NCBI GenBank assembly: GCA_002811645.1
Contig: PDIP01000049.1
Coordinates: forward strand, 1 to 54,293
DNA length: 54,293 nucleotides
Direction: 5' to 3'
Origin: Corallochytrium limacisporum Hawaii
Taxonomy: Eukaryota > Protista > Pluriformea
Every line of letters starts with the position of its first letter. Position 1 is the stretch's first letter. Positions 31,157 to 41,180 of this stretch are shown one piece after another. The notes beneath the pieces were generated by a model. It did not search any database, had not been told where the DNA came from, and was given only the letters and a program-made list of their open reading frames with translations. The position numbers were made by a program, and so were the translations under genes.

Positions 31157-32090
31157 TACACAAATTGAATTGACGATTTTGATGGAGCTGTTATTGAATT
31201 TGGACGTCCAAAAGGCCTCAGCCAATAAACCTAATTAATTTGCAAGGGGGATCTTATTCCGGTTTAAGCGGTATGCAAGAAGAGAGATAAAGCGGTAAAA
31301 CAGTGAAGTGCACCAACGAATAGCTGAATGTATGAAAAATGTACTCCCATAACAGCTCTTTCGGGCCTGCTGTACGCAGCGGCAGTCCACCGATATCCCT
31401 CCCACCGAAATTATTGATGTGTTGGGACGAAAGGCTCCAGTACATTTGCCCCCATAGTTTGGGGTCTGCGGAGCAGCGGACCAGTTCGGTGAGGCACCGA
31501 CCGCGGAGTGGCAATGTCAAGCGCTCCTTGACTAACACCTGCCCCCTTTTTTTTCTCCCCTTCTGCTTTGTTTTCTGCGCGCTCTCTGCTTGTGATGGTT
31601 GTGGTCGGGAACTGACAAGCGAGAAGAAAAAAGACCGCGAGGCCACCTGGGCTCCCTTCCCCACTATGATAGTACTACAAAATAGTACGTCCGCGCGGAG
31701 GAGCGGTAGTGATAGAGCATCGCCAAGGGTGGCTGGCTGCGGGCAGCCATTGAGGGGCGCGGTGCAAAGGGGCCCTGCTCCGCATTCCCCTGTGAAAAGC
31801 CGCGCGACTGCGAGAGTTAAGGGCATGCACTGGCTAAAAACTTTTGTGTGCGTTGGTGCCCATGTTTCCCTGCACGCTGAAAATGACCTGCTATTGCAAG
31901 AAAAGAAGGGTATTTGTGAGCGATCGCTGCATGACTGGTTTGCTAAGAAGCAACTGTAAACAGCGAAGCGAATGTTTTTTTTGCATACAGAAGTGTTTAG
32001 ATCTTGCCTCGAAATATGCAGGCAAACATGAAAACCTGAAAATTACCTGCATTTGTTTAAGTATAACACCGGATTATTAAACGGATAGCC

Positions 32091-35000
32091 ATGTCGGGAT
32101 ATCCGGGTGGTGATGATGCCACTACACCGCAGCGACAGGTGAACCAGCATCGGAGCATTTTCGGCGGGGATACTCCGATAGGTCAGCGCCAAGTACCACC
32201 ACCGGCACCTCAACAACAGCCGATTGAATTGCAGCAACAGCAGATTCCACCACAACAACACCAAATCCGTCCGCAACAGCAGCACATGCCGCCCCACCAA
32301 CAGCAACTGCCCGGACAACAACAGTCGGTGCCACTGCAACACCAACATATGCCACCAGTACAGCAGCATATGCCACCGGTACAGCAGCATATGCCACCAG
32401 CACAGCAGCATATGCCACCAGCACAGCAGCACATACCACCAGTACAGCAGCACATGCCACCGGTACAGCAGCACATGCCACCGGCAACTTCAGGTCAGTC
32501 GATGTACAATATTAGTAATGTTAGTGGCAGCGGAGCGGCCACGATGGCACAGCAACAAGCAAGGTCTACGACTAATGTTTATGCCGCAGGAGTAGGCGTA
32601 CCCAGTGGTCATATGTCCTCAACAATGCAACCCCAGCAGCAGGCGCAGCAACCCCAGCAGCAGGCGCAGCAACCCCAGCAGCAGGCGCAGCAACCCCAGG
32701 AAGATTTTTCACGCGACGTTCCCAGGGAAGACGACGGTAAGCCGGCACCACCTGATGGAACAAAAGAATCACCGGCGAAGCCCAAGGAACCTCGTCACCC
32801 AGACAGTGATCTACCGGCACCGCCATCGTTTTTCACTGGAGCACAGTACGAGCGGTTGGGTGCCCAACTAGAGGCTTACACACGACTGTCAGCGAATCGG
32901 GCACTGTCCGATGAGGTGTTCCAGCGCATGGCTGCTAATGGAGGTGCAGAAGGCCAGGAGGGCGAAGATAACAAGGAGAAAAAATCATGGACAAGGTACG
33001 TGAAGGCATTGCGCGCTAGCGATGTGAAAAGCATCCCCTACTCCCAACGAAAGCAATTGTACCGTCACTTGAAGCGTCAGGCCCCTCAGACAATCCAAAA
33101 TTCCCCGCAACTGTTGCGCATTTACAGGTCTCTGCTACAGATCCAGAAAGATCAGAAACCCATGATTGCTGGAGCAGAACTGTTTGACCCTCTAGCCATG
33201 TACCGAGCACGTGAACATCGCACTCAACAGCGCATCAACGATCAACTTCGAGAGCTCCGCAACATGCCTGTCGGTGCAGATCGTAGGGCACAGCGGCGAC
33301 GGCAAATCCAAGAGCGGGCGCTCGAACTGCGCTCCCTGCAGACACAAGTGCGTCAAAAATTGTTGGGCACCCTGACCAGAGACACACAGATAGAGGCTGC
33401 TCTGGACCTCAAGGCTTACCACAAGGCCCAACGGGAGGCTGTCAGTGCCGCCCAAGAGATCGCACGCCAAGAGGCACGTCAGCGTGCGGAGAAGGAGCGC
33501 ATCAAACGAGCTCAGTCCCAAAAGAATCTCAACAATATCCTGTCACGTCAGCGGGAGATTCTCAACGCCGCACGTGAGCGCAAAGCACGGGCCCAGCGAA
33601 CCGCGCGAGAGATCGTGCACCATTTGCAGCGTATCGAACGGGAGAAGAAACGCGCAGAGGAGCGCATGGAAAAGGAACGCATGCGCCGACTGATGATGGA
33701 AGACGAAGAAGGGTACCGCAAATTGGTTGACGAACGGAAAGATAAGCGGTTGGCTCATTTACTTGACCAGACCGATGACTTCATTCGCAATCTGACATCC
33801 ATGCTCAAGGAACAGAAGCGTAGCATCGCAGAAATTGGTGCCGCGCAGGATGCGCGACAGCGAGAGCGTGCGCTTACGGAGGAGGCAGCAGACCAGACAG
33901 CCACCGACGATCCCGAGGCCTACAAGAAGGAGCAAGAGAAGAAGAGCCTAGAAGATGCCAAAGCCAAGATCCAAGAGGCCTATATTGTCGACGATGACGA
34001 GGGTAGCAATCCCACCGCTGATGCCGCCTATTACCTTGAGGCTCACACTGTCAAAGAGGAGGTCAAGGAGCAACCTTCGATGCTGGAGTTCGGCAAACTC
34101 AAACACTATCAGGTACAGGGTCTTGAATGGCTGGTTAGCCTATACAACAATAAGTTGAATGGTATTCTCGCCGACGAGATGGGTCTGGGCAAGACGATTC
34201 AGTCCATCAGTCTGCTGTGCCACCTGATTGAGCATAAGAAGATGATGGGACCTTATCTGATTACTGTGCCTTTGAGTACATTAAGTAATTGGTCTCTAGA
34301 ATTCCAGCGCTGGGCACCAAGAATCCAGGTCATTGCCTACAAGGGATCGCCACCTGCCCGAAAGCTCTTGCAGCAGGAACTACGACAGGGACGGTTCAAT
34401 GTGTGCTTGACAACGTACGAGTACATCATCAAGGACCGAGGCGTTTTGGCTCGCATTGACTGGAAATATCTTATCGTTGACGAGGGTCACCGCATGAAGA
34501 ACCACAACGCCAAGCTCAGCGTGACCATCAACGAGCACTATAAGGTACCCAACCGTATCTTGCTCACAGGTACGCCACTGCAGAACAATCTAACCGAACT
34601 GTGGTCGTTACTGAACTTTATTCTTCCGAAAATCTTCAGCAGTTCTGCCACCTTTGATCAATGGTTCAATGCGCCTTTTGCCAATACTGGCGAGAAGATG
34701 TCCCTCAACGAGGAAGAATCCATGCTGGTCATCAGGCGTCTACACAAAATCCTGCGACCCTTCCTGCTGCGTCGGCTTAAGAAAGACGTCGAAGCACAGC
34801 TGCCTGACAAACAGGAGTATGTCATCAAGTGCGGCATGAGTGCCTTACAAAAGACTTTGTACAACCACATGAAGGCACGTGGTGTGATGCTCACTCAGGG
34901 CGACAACAGAGGTGCCCGCAGCCTGCAAAATATTATCATGCAGCTGCGGAAGATTTGCAACCATCCCTTCCTATACTCTGAGATTGAGAGTGCCGTGAAT

Positions 35001-36611
35001 GAGATGCACCATGGACACGGTGGAACTGTGAACAGCATGTTATTGTACCGTGCTTCCGGTAAGTTTGAGTTATTGGACCGTGTGCTGGCCAAGCTCAAGG
35101 CCTGTGGCCACCGTGTTCTAATCTTCAGTCAGTTTGTAGATACCATTGAGATCATGGCTGACTACATGCGGTGGCGTGGATACAAGCACATGCAGCTCGA
35201 TGGCAGTACTAAGGCTGAAGATCGTCAAATCCTGCTTAAGCACTTCAACGCCCCAGATAGTGACTCCTTCTGCTTCCTTCTGTCCACACGTGCGGGTGGT
35301 TTGGGCCTGAACCTGCAGACCGCGGACACTGTCATCATCTTTGACAGCGATTGGAATCCACACCAAGACCTCCAGGCCCAGGATCGTGCCCACCGAATTG
35401 GTCAGAAGAATGAAGTTCGCGTCCTGCGCTTTGTTACCACGAACTCTGTAGAGGAAAAGATCCTGGCTGCTGCTCGTTACAAAATGAATATGGATGCCAA
35501 GGTCATTCAGGCCGGGAAATTTGACCAGAAGAGTACTGCAGCGGACCGAAAGGCCATGCTTCTGAGTCTGCTACGGGACGACGAAGACCTGGAGGAAGAA
35601 GAGGACGACATTCCAGACGCGGAGGCCCTGAATCGTATGCTGGCGCGTGGTGACGAGGAGTTTGAGCAGTACTCCATACTCGACCAGGAGTTTGCAAAGG
35701 AATTTGCAACGGACTGGAAGGAGGCTGATCTCAAGGGCAAGCCGCACCGCCTTATGATGGATTCTGAGGTACCGGATTACCTAAAGAAGACTGACGATGA
35801 GGTTGAGCGGCTGGTCGATGACGATGCGGAGGTTGAAAATTACGGCCGTGGTCGCCGTGAGCGTGCTAAGGTGGTCTACGATGACAATATGACCGAACGA
35901 CAGTTCATGAGGGCCGTGGAGAGCGGTAAGTTTGACTCTATTGCCCAGAAGCGAGCGGAAAAACTCTTAACCAAGCGTAAGAGAGGTCAGGCAGAAGGCG
36001 ATACGGAAGGTGCAAGCGAAGGTGCCGCAGCCACTGATGAGCAGGACACAGCCAGGGAGCAAATGTACTTGGGCATAAAGAAGGTCTTTGACACAGTCTA
36101 CCATACGTACGATTCGGACGGGCAATTGGTCACAGAGCTCTTCCGGAAGGCTCCTTCCCGCAAGGACTACCCAGACTATTACGAGATAATCAAGGAGGTA
36201 ATTGATCTCAACACCATCAAGAAGAAGATCAAAAAGGCCGAGTACAATTCCTGGGAGGAATTGGATGCAGACATGGATTTGCTAGTGAAGAATGCTCAAA
36301 CGTACAACTTGGAAGGCTCCGAGGTTTATGACGATTCCAAGATGATCGCAGATGCCTACGACAAGGCTAAAGCGCAGGCTAAAGCCGATATTAGTGCTGG
36401 TCTTTTGAAACCTCCTGTTCCTCAGAGCGAAAGTGCCTCGACAAAGTCGAATCGCAGTAACAAGAGCACTCGGTCGAATCGTTCTGCAAAGCGCGCGGCG
36501 GCGGCCGCAGCAGCGGAATCTTCACCGCCCGCGGAGGACACTGCAAACGGTGATCTGGAGACACCGGTTGAAGAAGCCCCCCGGAAGCGACGAAGTGCAC
36601 GTCGGAGTTAG
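32091..36611 (+). CDS. SMARCA4: SWI/SNF ATPase BRM/BRG1 (SMARCA2/4, Snf2/Sth1)
   Basis: QLQ, HSA, LADEMGLGKT, DEGH, STRAGGLGLNLQ, QAQDRAHRIGQ, SnAC, GRGRR, bromodomain (YPDYY..NAQTYN). Confidence 0.95.
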   Translation: MSGYPGGDDATTPQRQVNQHRSIFGGDTPIGQRQVPPPAPQQQPIELQQQQIPPQQHQIRPQQQHMPPHQQQLPGQQQSVPLQHQHMPPVQQHMPPVQQHMPPAQQHMPPAQQHIPPVQQHMPPVQQHMPPATSGQSMYNISNVSGSGAATMAQQQARSTTNVYAAGVGVPSGHMSSTMQPQQQAQQPQQQAQQPQQQAQQPQEDFSRDVPREDDGKPAPPDGTKESPAKPKEPRHPDSDLPAPPSFFTGAQYERLGAQLEAYTRLSANRALSDEVFQRMAANGGAEGQEGEDNKEKKSWTRYVKALRASDVKSIPYSQRKQLYRHLKRQAPQTIQNSPQLLRIYRSLLQIQKDQKPMIAGAELFDPLAMYRAREHRTQQRINDQLRELRNMPVGADRRAQRRRQIQERALELRSLQTQVRQKLLGTLTRDTQIEAALDLKAYHKAQREAVSAAQEIARQEARQRAEKERIKRAQSQKNLNNILSRQREILNAARERKARAQRTAREIVHHLQRIEREKKRAEERMEKERMRRLMMEDEEGYRKLVDERKDKRLAHLLDQTDDFIRNLTSMLKEQKRSIAEIGAAQDARQRERALTEEAADQTATDDPEAYKKEQEKKSLEDAKAKIQEAYIVDDDEGSNPTADAAYYLEAHTVKEEVKEQPSMLEFGKLKHYQVQGLEWLVSLYNNKLNGILADEMGLGKTIQSISLLCHLIEHKKMMGPYLITVPLSTLSNWSLEFQRWAPRIQVIAYKGSPPARKLLQQELRQGRFNVCLTTYEYIIKDRGVLARIDWKYLIVDEGHRMKNHNAKLSVTINEHYKVPNRILLTGTPLQNNLTELWSLLNFILPKIFSSSATFDQWFNAPFANTGEKMSLNEEESMLVIRRLHKILRPFLLRRLKKDVEAQLPDKQEYVIKCGMSALQKTLYNHMKARGVMLTQGDNRGARSLQNIIMQLRKICNHPFLYSEIESAVNEMHHGHGGTVNSMLLYRASGKFELLDRVLAKLKACGHRVLIFSQFVDTIEIMADYMRWRGYKHMQLDGSTKAEDRQILLKHFNAPDSDSFCFLLSTRAGGLGLNLQTADTVIIFDSDWNPHQDLQAQDRAHRIGQKNEVRVLRFVTTNSVEEKILAAARYKMNMDAKVIQAGKFDQKSTAADRKAMLLSLLRDDEDLEEEEDDIPDAEALNRMLARGDEEFEQYSILDQEFAKEFATDWKEADLKGKPHRLMMDSEVPDYLKKTDDEVERLVDDDAEVENYGRGRRERAKVVYDDNMTERQFMRAVESGKFDSIAQKRAEKLLTKRKRGQAEGDTEGASEGAAATDEQDTAREQMYLGIKKVFDTVYHTYDSDGQLVTELFRKAPSRKDYPDYYEIIKEVIDLNTIKKKIKKAEYNSWEELDADMDLLVKNAQTYNLEGSEVYDDSKMIADAYDKAKAQAKADISAGLLKPPVPQSESASTKSNRSNKSTRSNRSAKRAAAAAAAESSPPAEDTANGDLETPVEEAPRKRRSARRS
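32343..32486 (+). repeat. Coding 21-bp minisatellite (QHMPP[V/A]Q), about 7 copies
   Basis: Tandem CAGCAGCAYATGCCACCRG units. Confidence 0.9.
32628..32699 (+). repeat. Coding 21-bp perfect repeat CAACCCCAGCAGCAGGCGCAG x3 (QPQQQAQ)
   Basis: Directly visible. Confidence 0.9.
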
Positions 36612-36676
36612 AGATGAAAAGCTAGTAAACTACAAAAGATAAGACTAAAGCTACATTACCGAAACATAAGCGTGCT

Positions 36677-38329
36677 TTACTTGCCAATGCAGAATCGTCC
36701 AAATATGGAATCTAAAATGTCCTCCGCATCAATGCGGCCAGTGATTCGTCCGAGACTCACCGTCGAGGCTCGCAAGCTTTCCGTGACCATGACCCAATCT
36801 GCAAGCTCACGGTCCTCCATTTCTCGCAAGACTAAGCATAGATCATTGTGAACTTCATGGAGGAGCTGTCTCTGGCGGTCATGTACCAGAATGATTTCCT
36901 CCTCCTTTTCATAATCATTCGACAGTTGCGTTTGTGTCACACGTTCCAAAGTTGAACGCAGTTCGCTTCGTAACGCATCAATACCGTCGCCCGTTTTGCA
37001 CGAAACAGGAAGGAACTTATCCTGGGAACTGGTTCCATCAGCAAAACCACTGTCAATTAAATCTATCTTGTTGACGATGCGAATGATCCGGTCCTGATCC
37101 TTAATCTTCAGTTTGTTAACTACGGAAGTGGGCAGCTGTTCCGTTGATGAACGGTCGCCGTCCAACACAAGGATCACAATGTCTGACATATCTAGTGCCT
37201 CTAGAGATCGCTGCATTCCCTCAATCTCAATTGGATGAATGGTATCCTCCACCACTGCAGAGTTGGTGGCTGCCAGCTCGGTTTTGTCTGTTGTGTTCGC
37301 CTTTGTGATCTGGTCCCGCAGTCCTGCTGTGTCAAAGATGCGCACTTTGAACCCTTCCAGATTTGTCGCTGCATCGACCACGTCCCGCGTGGTTCCGGCA
37401 TATTCGCTCACAATACTCCGGTTAGAGGCTGTCAAGAGGTTCAGCAGAGTACTCTTGCCTACGTTCGGAGGACCGATTAGTGCCACAGAGATGCCCTCCG
37501 AGATCAACTGACCCTTAGCCACTGTAGACAGCATCCGATCGACCTCCATATGGAGGGACTGGACTTCCCGCACAAAGTCATTGGCTACTGTCCCTTCATC
37601 AACCTGCCCCTCGTCCGCAAATTCAAGGTAAGCGTCTGCAATCGCAGCCACGTCGATCAGTCTTTGTCTGAGCCCTGAAAATTTAGCAGCATAAAGGCCT
37701 TCCGCGGCACGGTTGGCCAAGCGTAATTGCTCGGAAGTCTCCGCTTCCAGCACCTCTGCCAAACCTTCCGCCTGCGTCAGGTCGACTTTGCCGTGGAAAA
37801 AGGCTCTCTTCAAAAACTCTCCAGGCTCTGCTCTTCGGAGTCCTGGTATAGTCTGTAGGGTGTGCAGTAAAGAGCGGACGATTGCCATTGACCCGTGGGT
37901 TTGCAGTTCGACGACATCCTCACCAGTTAGAGAGTGGGGTCCCTCAAAATGGCATACCAAGGCTTGGTCGATCCTTTCCTTCCCTTTGTCTCCTTCGGAT
38001 ACGTCAGGTCCTAGCCGATCAAAGGTGATCTGCCCGTAGAGTGTCCGATGCGCCAGGAACCGAGGTGGTGGGACCAATTGCCTATCCAGGCCTGCCTCAT
38101 AAGAATTGCCCACAGGCGGCTGTACTAATGAAGTAAGGGCATTTCGCGCCCCTGGTCCGCTGATTCGTATCACTGCCACTCCACTACGACCAGGTGGCGT
38201 TGCTAAGGCAAAGATAGTTTCAAAGTCAGTGGCAGAGGTACTCTGCTTCGCTCTGCGCTGCAGCAGGGAGTGTGGCCGTAGGCCACGGGAGTCCGCGAGG
38301 AGTCTTCGGCATCCGGCCAGGATCCGCAT
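36677..38329 (-). CDS. GTPBP3: Mitochondrial tRNA modification GTPase MnmE/GTPBP3/Mss1
   Basis: TIFALATPPGRSGVAVIRISG, TGEDVVELQTHG, GPPNVGKST, GTTRD, DTAG, NKID, C-terminal FCIGK; Arg-rich presequence. Confidence 0.96.
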   Translation of the reverse strand: MRILAGCRRLLADSRGLRPHSLLQRRAKQSTSATDFETIFALATPPGRSGVAVIRISGPGARNALTSLVQPPVGNSYEAGLDRQLVPPPRFLAHRTLYGQITFDRLGPDVSEGDKGKERIDQALVCHFEGPHSLTGEDVVELQTHGSMAIVRSLLHTLQTIPGLRRAEPGEFLKRAFFHGKVDLTQAEGLAEVLEAETSEQLRLANRAAEGLYAAKFSGLRQRLIDVAAIADAYLEFADEGQVDEGTVANDFVREVQSLHMEVDRMLSTVAKGQLISEGISVALIGPPNVGKSTLLNLLTASNRSIVSEYAGTTRDVVDAATNLEGFKVRIFDTAGLRDQITKANTTDKTELAATNSAVVEDTIHPIEIEGMQRSLEALDMSDIVILVLDGDRSSTEQLPTSVVNKLKIKDQDRIIRIVNKIDLIDSGFADGTSSQDKFLPVSCKTGDGIDALRSELRSTLERVTQTQLSNDYEKEEEIILVHDRQRQLLHEVHNDLCLVLREMEDRELADWVMVTESLRASTVSLGRITGRIDAEDILDSIFGRFCIGK

Positions 38330-38855
38330 CTGTTTTGGTCAGCTCAACATTTCGAAACCTACTGTACCACTACTAGGGGCACATAGTTTCATGTGGACCC
38401 CTGTAGGACAGCGGTCTAGACGATGTGCTCCTCCGAAATAGCCACCCCTCCAACTGGGTGGGTGACACCGCATTGCGAGAGTCTCTGGAGACCCCCTCAC
38501 CCAGGATCGCTACTCGCGCTGCCTCCTCGTTCTCCTTTTCTCCTGGCTCGCCCCAGAGTACCGCAGGGCAAAAAGGGGACCCGGACCCAAAGTCGACATT
38601 CCCCCCGTACGGAGGACCGAGGAGAGGGAGACCGGTTGTTGTGACTTTTTTTGTTTCCTTAGCTGGTGAAGCTGGTGTAAACGCTTCTCTTTTTTATTTT
38701 CACGATTCACTTCACGATTGATTACTCAGTGTGGTGGTTAAAGAATGCACTAACACGATACATTACAGATCAGTACTTCACCCCACATACGAAAGTATCT
38801 GTTGCGGGTTCATAAATTTTCTTGGGGAATCTCCCAATACACATACCGGAAAACT

Positions 38856-39629
38856 ATGGCAGATGAAATGGAGCGCGTAATCCTGGTGAAACCTGAGGTG
38901 TGGGTCTATCAAATCCCTCCTCGGACCACTACGCGTGGACAGCGTGCTGCTGACTGGGGTCTCAGCTCTCCGATGTGGAAGGGTCGTTTAAGGGTCATGA
39001 GCAAGGGAAAGGATCTAACGGTGAAGATGGAGGACGCCAGCAGTGGACAGCTCTTTGCTGCAGCCCCGGTAGATGAATTTCCAGGCCCTGCAGTCGAACA
39101 GGTAACGGATTCTTCTCGCTACTTTGTTCTGCGCGTCAGTGACGGCGACAGACACGCTTTCATTGGAATGGGTTTCTTGGACCGCAGCGACTCGTTTGAT
39201 TTCCAGGTGACCCTCCAGGACCATTTCAAGCACGTTAAACAGGAAGAAGAAATGGCCTCTATCCCCGCAGCAGAGCGCTTGCAGAACTACACACCGAAGC
39301 ATGACGTACATTCACTGGGCACAAACGAAACTATTAAGGTCAACATCAAGATCGGCAACAAGGGCGCGGGTGGCAGCCAGAAGCCGAAGTCTATGGGCTC
39401 TGGAATACTACCTCCCCCTCCAGGAGGTGGTGGGTTTGGTCTACCGCCTCCTCCAGGTTCTAACGTCCCGCCGCCTCCCCAAGCACAGAATCAATTCGGC
39501 AACTTCAACATGCCACCACCTGCAGGACAGCAGCAGCAGAAAGCATCCGGTAGCGGTCAGCAGAACGACGAATGGGACGACTTCGCTAGCGCCTTTGGAT
39601 CAGGGTCGAATCAGAACAAAGGATGGTAG
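38856..39629 (+). CDS. NECAP: NECAP (adaptin ear-binding coat-associated protein)
   Basis: VYQIPPR, RAADW, DSSRYFVLR, AFIGMGF.DRSDSFDF, ILPPPP, WDDF motif; first ATG at 38856. Confidence 0.93.
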   Translation: MADEMERVILVKPEVWVYQIPPRTTTRGQRAADWGLSSPMWKGRLRVMSKGKDLTVKMEDASSGQLFAAAPVDEFPGPAVEQVTDSSRYFVLRVSDGDRHAFIGMGFLDRSDSFDFQVTLQDHFKHVKQEEEMASIPAAERLQNYTPKHDVHSLGTNETIKVNIKIGNKGAGGSQKPKSMGSGILPPPPGGGGFGLPPPPGSNVPPPPQAQNQFGNFNMPPPAGQQQQKASGSGQQNDEWDDFASAFGSGSNQNKGW

Positions 39630-39751
39630 GGACGGAAACTGAGCTTGATGACCAACGTTTACAGTCACAGGATTGAGAAATACATAATCATTTCATAGTT
39701 TACAATACTTTGGATAGCACACAGTACAGTGTCATGGATGAGCATCTTATA

Positions 39752-40594
39752 TCATGCCCCGACATCCTCATGGTTTGTTTTAATGGGCAGTGGCTTCCCG
39801 TGCAGGAATTGCCAGAACTGTCGTGCTGCAGCTGGGTCGCCAAGACCGTCCCGAACTTCATCGAAACTCAGCTGGCTCAGCGAACTTAGTTTGCGCTGCT
39901 GCGTCTTTGTCAGTAGACGCTGTAGACGAGACTGCCCAATGCTAGGCAAGGTGGTAAGAAATTTGATAGTTTTCTCGACATCTGCAGAATTCCTGGACAG
40001 TTTTCTGGCCGGTCCAATCAGCTGCACTATTCCAATGTGCTCTGACTTTACGAATCTGCTCAGTAAACGTGTGCTTTCGTTTGCTCCAGTAGTCATGTGT
40101 AAGCCCATCCAGCGGGTGTTTAGTGGTGGCACAGGCTCATTTAATGCCCACGTTCGGCCGAGCCGATAGTCGATAATTGATCGACGCAGCCAGCGTAGGA
40201 ATACACTCGAAGTTGTCATGTCCATTTTGCCCAGCATTTTACCCTTCTTGGACTTAGATTTCTCTCGGCTGATTTCAATGAGGAGCATGATCTTGGTTGG
40301 TCGGCAGTCTGTCGGCGTCTTCTTAACGGCGTGAAAGAAGCATTGCTTCCGCTCCCGGCTCCAAATCAGGTCAAGAAAATCCTTCGGAAGCTCACCTTTG
40401 GTGTGTGCTTGCCTCCATCGGTCCTGAACATGGGACAAGTGGTCCTGGCTAATGTACACTACGGATAAACCCTGAGGGGTCTGCAAATCACCAATTGTAT
40501 CCTGATTTTCCCTTACTGTCACGTGGAACCTGTCCGCAAGCATATCAATGAGGGATGCTGGCAATTCACTCTCTTTGTATACCCGCAATTCCAT
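39752..40594 (-). CDS. XPF/ERCC4-family non-catalytic subunit-like protein with C-terminal HhH2 (FAAP24/SPO16-like)
   Basis: FLTTLPSIGQSRLQRLL..SLSQLSFDEVRDGLGDPAAARQFWQFLH resembles HhH2; no ERKxxxD motif. Confidence 0.5.
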   Translation of the reverse strand: MELRVYKESELPASLIDMLADRFHVTVRENQDTIGDLQTPQGLSVVYISQDHLSHVQDRWRQAHTKGELPKDFLDLIWSRERKQCFFHAVKKTPTDCRPTKIMLLIEISREKSKSKKGKMLGKMDMTTSSVFLRWLRRSIIDYRLGRTWALNEPVPPLNTRWMGLHMTTGANESTRLLSRFVKSEHIGIVQLIGPARKLSRNSADVEKTIKFLTTLPSIGQSRLQRLLTKTQQRKLSSLSQLSFDEVRDGLGDPAAARQFWQFLHGKPLPIKTNHEDVGA

Positions 40595-41180
40595 GACTAC
40601 TCACCAGTCTACATGTAGGGCACCGCCAGTACTTTTCATATCCCGGTATAATTCTACTCTCTACTTCCCACAAAACCAGTTTATGTCATTAGTCAATAGC
40701 ATTGGCACTGGCATCTTTAAGTTCTTACTATAGCGTGCGCCACCAGATCAAGGATTTGATAGTAGAAATACCCGTCCTCCACAGGTGCCCTCAGCAGTAT
40801 GTGCCCGGGAACCCCCCCCGGGGGGAGGACTCAGGGCAAGATTCCGAGAAGGGAGAAAGCTCCCAATATCATTCCCGTGTTGGGAACCCAAACCTTTCGC
40901 GCCAAATTATATCCTATATTGAAACAAAGCAGATTAAATCTGGAGGGATGTGACAAAAACGATTGCCCCGGGGGAGAGGCCCATAACTAGTCGCGAAAGG
41001 TAGAAGGGACCGGAACTAAATCGTCACTCCAGATTTATTAGAGTACAAGATCAGTAGAGCAGAATCGTTATTTCAAACACTTTAGTGCACAACAAGTAAA
41101 GAAAGTAGAAAGAAGTACACAGGATAGTAGTGGACACGGAACTGCTATTGAATTAGAGAGCTAAAGAAGAAACACAGACC

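Noticed and set aside
32043-32476. Cys- and Trp-rich antisense ORFs resembling metallothionein
   Set aside because: Reverse complement of the BRM CAG-rich minisatellite
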